Assembly (NCBI RefSeq): GCF_902713615.1
Contig: NC_052172.1
Span: forward strand, 19,501,327 to 19,565,326
Direction: 5' to 3'
DNA from: Scyliorhinus canicula
Lineage: Eukaryota
Length of the DNA: 64,000 nucleotides
Shown: piece after piece, positions 61,122 through 64,000 of the stretch
How positions within the stretch are numbered: the first letter of the stretch is position 1
Layout of the letters: each line of letters begins with the position of its first letter
The notes under the pieces: generated by a model
Told to the model about the DNA's origin: nothing
What the model saw: only the letters and a program-made list of their open reading frames with translations
The model's database searches: none
Made by a program: the position numbers and the translations under genes

Positions 61122-61506
61122 GAAACATAGGAACAGGAACAGGCCATTCAGCCCCTCGAGCCTGTCCCACTCTTTAATGAGGTCATGGCTGATCTGTGGC
61201 TGTATACCTGCCTTTGCCCATATCCCTAAATGTCTTTGCTTAACAAAAGTCTATCTATCTCGGATTTAAAATGAACAACTGATCCAGCTTCAGCTGCTGC
61301 GTGTGGGAGAGAATCCCAAACCTCTCCCACCCTTTGAGTGAAGAAGTTCTTCCCAACATCTCTCCTGAACGGTCCAGCCCTAATTTTTAGACTGTGCCCC
61401 CTAGTTTTAGAATCTCCACCCAGTGGAAATAGTTTATCTATCCTGTCTTTCCTTGTTAATATCCTGAATACTTCGATCTGATCACTTCTTAACCTTCTAA
61501 ATTCCA
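61122..61506 (-). mobile_element. CR1 3' fragment
   Basis: aacataggaacaggaacaggccattcagcccctcgagcctg tail; RGHSLKI motif on the reverse strand. Confidence 0.82.
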
Positions 61507-61697
61507 GGTGGCACAGTGGTTAGCACTGCAGCCTCATGGCGCCATGGACCCGGGTTCGATCCCGGGTCACTGTCCGTGTGGAGTGTGGAGTTTGCACATT
61601 CTCCCCGTGCCTGCGTGGGTCTCACCCCCACACTCCAAAGATGTGCAGGGTAGGTGGATTAGCCACGCTAAATTGCCCCTTAATTGTAAAAAAAAAA
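61507..61697 (+). mobile_element. A-tailed short HE1 variant
   Basis: Diagnostic sequence, poly-A end. Confidence 0.86.
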
Positions 61698-62120
61698 CTA
61701 TTCTTGCTGGTTGGGATGTCTAGAACTCGGGAGTATCAATATTTGTTTTTCTTTATTGTTTTACGGGATGTGGGCGTCGCAGGCATGGTCAGCATTTGTT
61801 GCCCATCCCTAATTGCCCTTGAAGTGAATTGATCGGCCATTTCAGAGGCATTTAATAGTCAACCAAATTAAGGGGGGGGGGGGGGGTCGAGACCGGGTAA
61901 GGATGGCAACCTGTTGGTTTTTTTAAATGACAATCTGGAGGGAGTGGGGGGGGTGGAAGGGGGCGGGGCAGGGAAATCGATGGTAGTGAGAATGGTCACT
62001 GGCATTCATTCCAAATTTATTCCTTGAATTTAAATTCCACCGGCTGCCGTGGTGGGATTTGAACCCACAAGTTCCAGGGCATTGGCCTGAGGGCCTCTGG
62101 ATTAAGGGTTCAGTGACATT

Positions 62121-62295
62121 GGTTTAGCACAGGGCTAAATAGCTGGCTTTGAAAACAGACCCGGGCAGGCCAGCAGCGCAGGTTCAATTCCCGTACCAGC
62201 CCCCCCCGAACAGGCGCCGGAACGTGGCGACTAGGGGCTTTTCACAGTAACTTCATGTGAAGCCGACTCGTGACAATAAGCGATCTTCATTTCAT
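62121..62295 (+). mobile_element. tRNA-derived SINE ((TTTCA)n-tailed family)
   Basis: Near-identical to the other four copies. Confidence 0.88.
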
Positions 62296-62755
62296 TGCCG
62301 CTACACCACCAACGCCCTCTGAAATAGCTAAGCCTTTCAGAAATGAAATTCGGAAACATTTCTCCACATAAACACCGGGGGGAGTTTGATACTCTTCCAC
62401 AAATGGCAACGGAGGCCCGGTGAATTGTTAATTTTAAAAATAAAGGGATGTGGGGCGATGGCGGGTTTCTGATGTTAGATCAGCCATGGCCTCACTGAAT
62501 GGCAAAGCATGCTGGATGGGGTAACCGGCCTCTTCCTGTTCTTCCTTGGCCACTTCAGAGGGCAGCTGAGGGGCAACAATGTTAGCGTGGGACTGGAGTC
62601 ACATAGGGGCCTAGACCAGGGAACAGGATGGCACCTTTGCTCCCTGAACGGACCTTAGCGAACTAGTCGGCTTTTCACAAGCCCACAGCTTCATGCCAGT
62701 TCTTGTTTTATTTTACCAAGTGTCACCATTCACACTGGCCCCTTCCGCCCTGCCC

Positions 62756-62786
<31 letters not shown>

Positions 62787-64000
62787 GCCCCCTCCCCCCT
62801 CCCTGCAGATTACTGTTAAAGCAATTTCTAACTACTAAAAGTAAGTGGGCAGATTGAAACAACAATTTAAGCCCTTTTGACTGTCCAAAAAGCAAATCAA
62901 AGACTTGGTACCACTGACGGCACTGGTCTGTACACAGGAGTTTAAATGGAGAAAAAAATTAAACAGGGTGAATAATGAAATGTAAAACATTGAATGAAAG
63001 CTGTCTGAATCCTTCAATTGTTTAAAAAAGCTCGTTGGCGATTAGTAATCCTAATTCTGTGCAATAATTGCTAAACGTGAAAAGAAAGGCAGCAAGTTAG
63101 AGGTGGAGAGTAAACATTCCGGTGATTCCAGGTCGGGGAGTGTCCGAAAGAAAGGCGACGTTTTCCCGAAACATCCAGCTCTGCCATTAGTTACCACTCT
63201 TTTATTTTTCCCGCCTATTCCAGGAGCCCCATTGCCTTCCAGGTGACAGTGAGATACCCAATCTCCTCTGGCAATGTGGTTTTGTGACTGTACAGTAGGA
63301 GTGGCTGTGTGTCGACAGCACTATCCCCCATATGGGTAGGTAGCTCTCCACGTCCTTCCCGCCTTGCCCCAATGGTAATTCAGTCTGCAAAAGGGATTGC
63401 TGGACTGCCTGGATTCAGTCACTCAAAGGCAGGTGCGCTGCAGTATCAGGGTGTCAGATCACAGTGCTGCCTGTCCCTCAGTGCTCCTTTGGCCTTTGGC
63501 CGTTTGTTAGAAGATTCATACACAATATTTCTACTAAACCATGAGGACCAAAAGTCTCTGAGTTCAACCCTCACACCGAGCCCCAAGTTAGCTGAGTCAG
63601 CATCCGACCCATCTACAGGCGGATATTAAACTGTGGTGCGCCTCGTAAAACATTCACATGGAACAAACAGCACTGGAAAGCAACCAGAAATGGGAAAAGG
63701 GGCTTCATTTTAGCACCTCTACAATAGGTTCAGGGCGCAATCCTCCTCCCCTCCCAGCTCTCTCCTCCCAGATCAGGAATGAAACCTAGAGGCGAGGCTT
63801 CATTGCCCCCTAAGTGGTGCAGTTCCCCAGTGAGCCACCAGGGGAATCTGTTCACGTCTGTAGCAGTTTCCCTCGCTATACATCAAACTAAAAAAAATAG
63901 AATTCAGCACGACAGCCCCAACACTGGTCAATTAAACAGTTATTAAAATTACGGGGAAGAAATTGAATTGGTGACACAATGTACACAAAACTACCCAGTC

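Noticed and set aside
63903-63919. TTCAGCACGACAGCCCC, RE1-like
   Set aside because: Both halves are truncated and the spacing is 4 nt short of canonical; likely chance.

Overview
Eukaryotic, repeat-rich vertebrate genomic DNA, very probably from a shark or other cartilaginous fish (dense HE1-type V-SINEs, CR1/HER1 LINEs, SacSINE1-like Deu-SINEs, Penelope relics). There are two spliced protein-coding genes, both on the minus strand. (1) C19orf47 ortholog, complete: 8 coding exons from 54655 to 24131, 1197 nt, 398 aa, all introns GT-AG with consistent phases. (2) TTC9B, coding exon 1 only (13710-13230); no further exons were recognised, so they probably lie left of the window. Nearly all other ORFs in the track are spurious readings of repeats. 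Most notable observations: a near-perfect RE1/NRSE (REST) site just upstream of TTC9B; the C19orf47 promoter (ETS-CRE composite) squeezed between a ~2.1 kb 22-bp minisatellite and a ~1.1 kb 19-bp minisatellite built from an RFX X-box half-site; a small fold-back mobile element with 12-bp TSDs and a minimal hammerhead-ribozyme motif; a poly(A)-tailed HE1 derivative with L1-like 10-16 bp TSDs (possible LINE-partner switch); and TTC9B directly next to C19orf47 without the AKT2/CCNP genes that separate them in human. Family names come from recalled consensus motifs, not database searches, and repeat boundaries are approximate.
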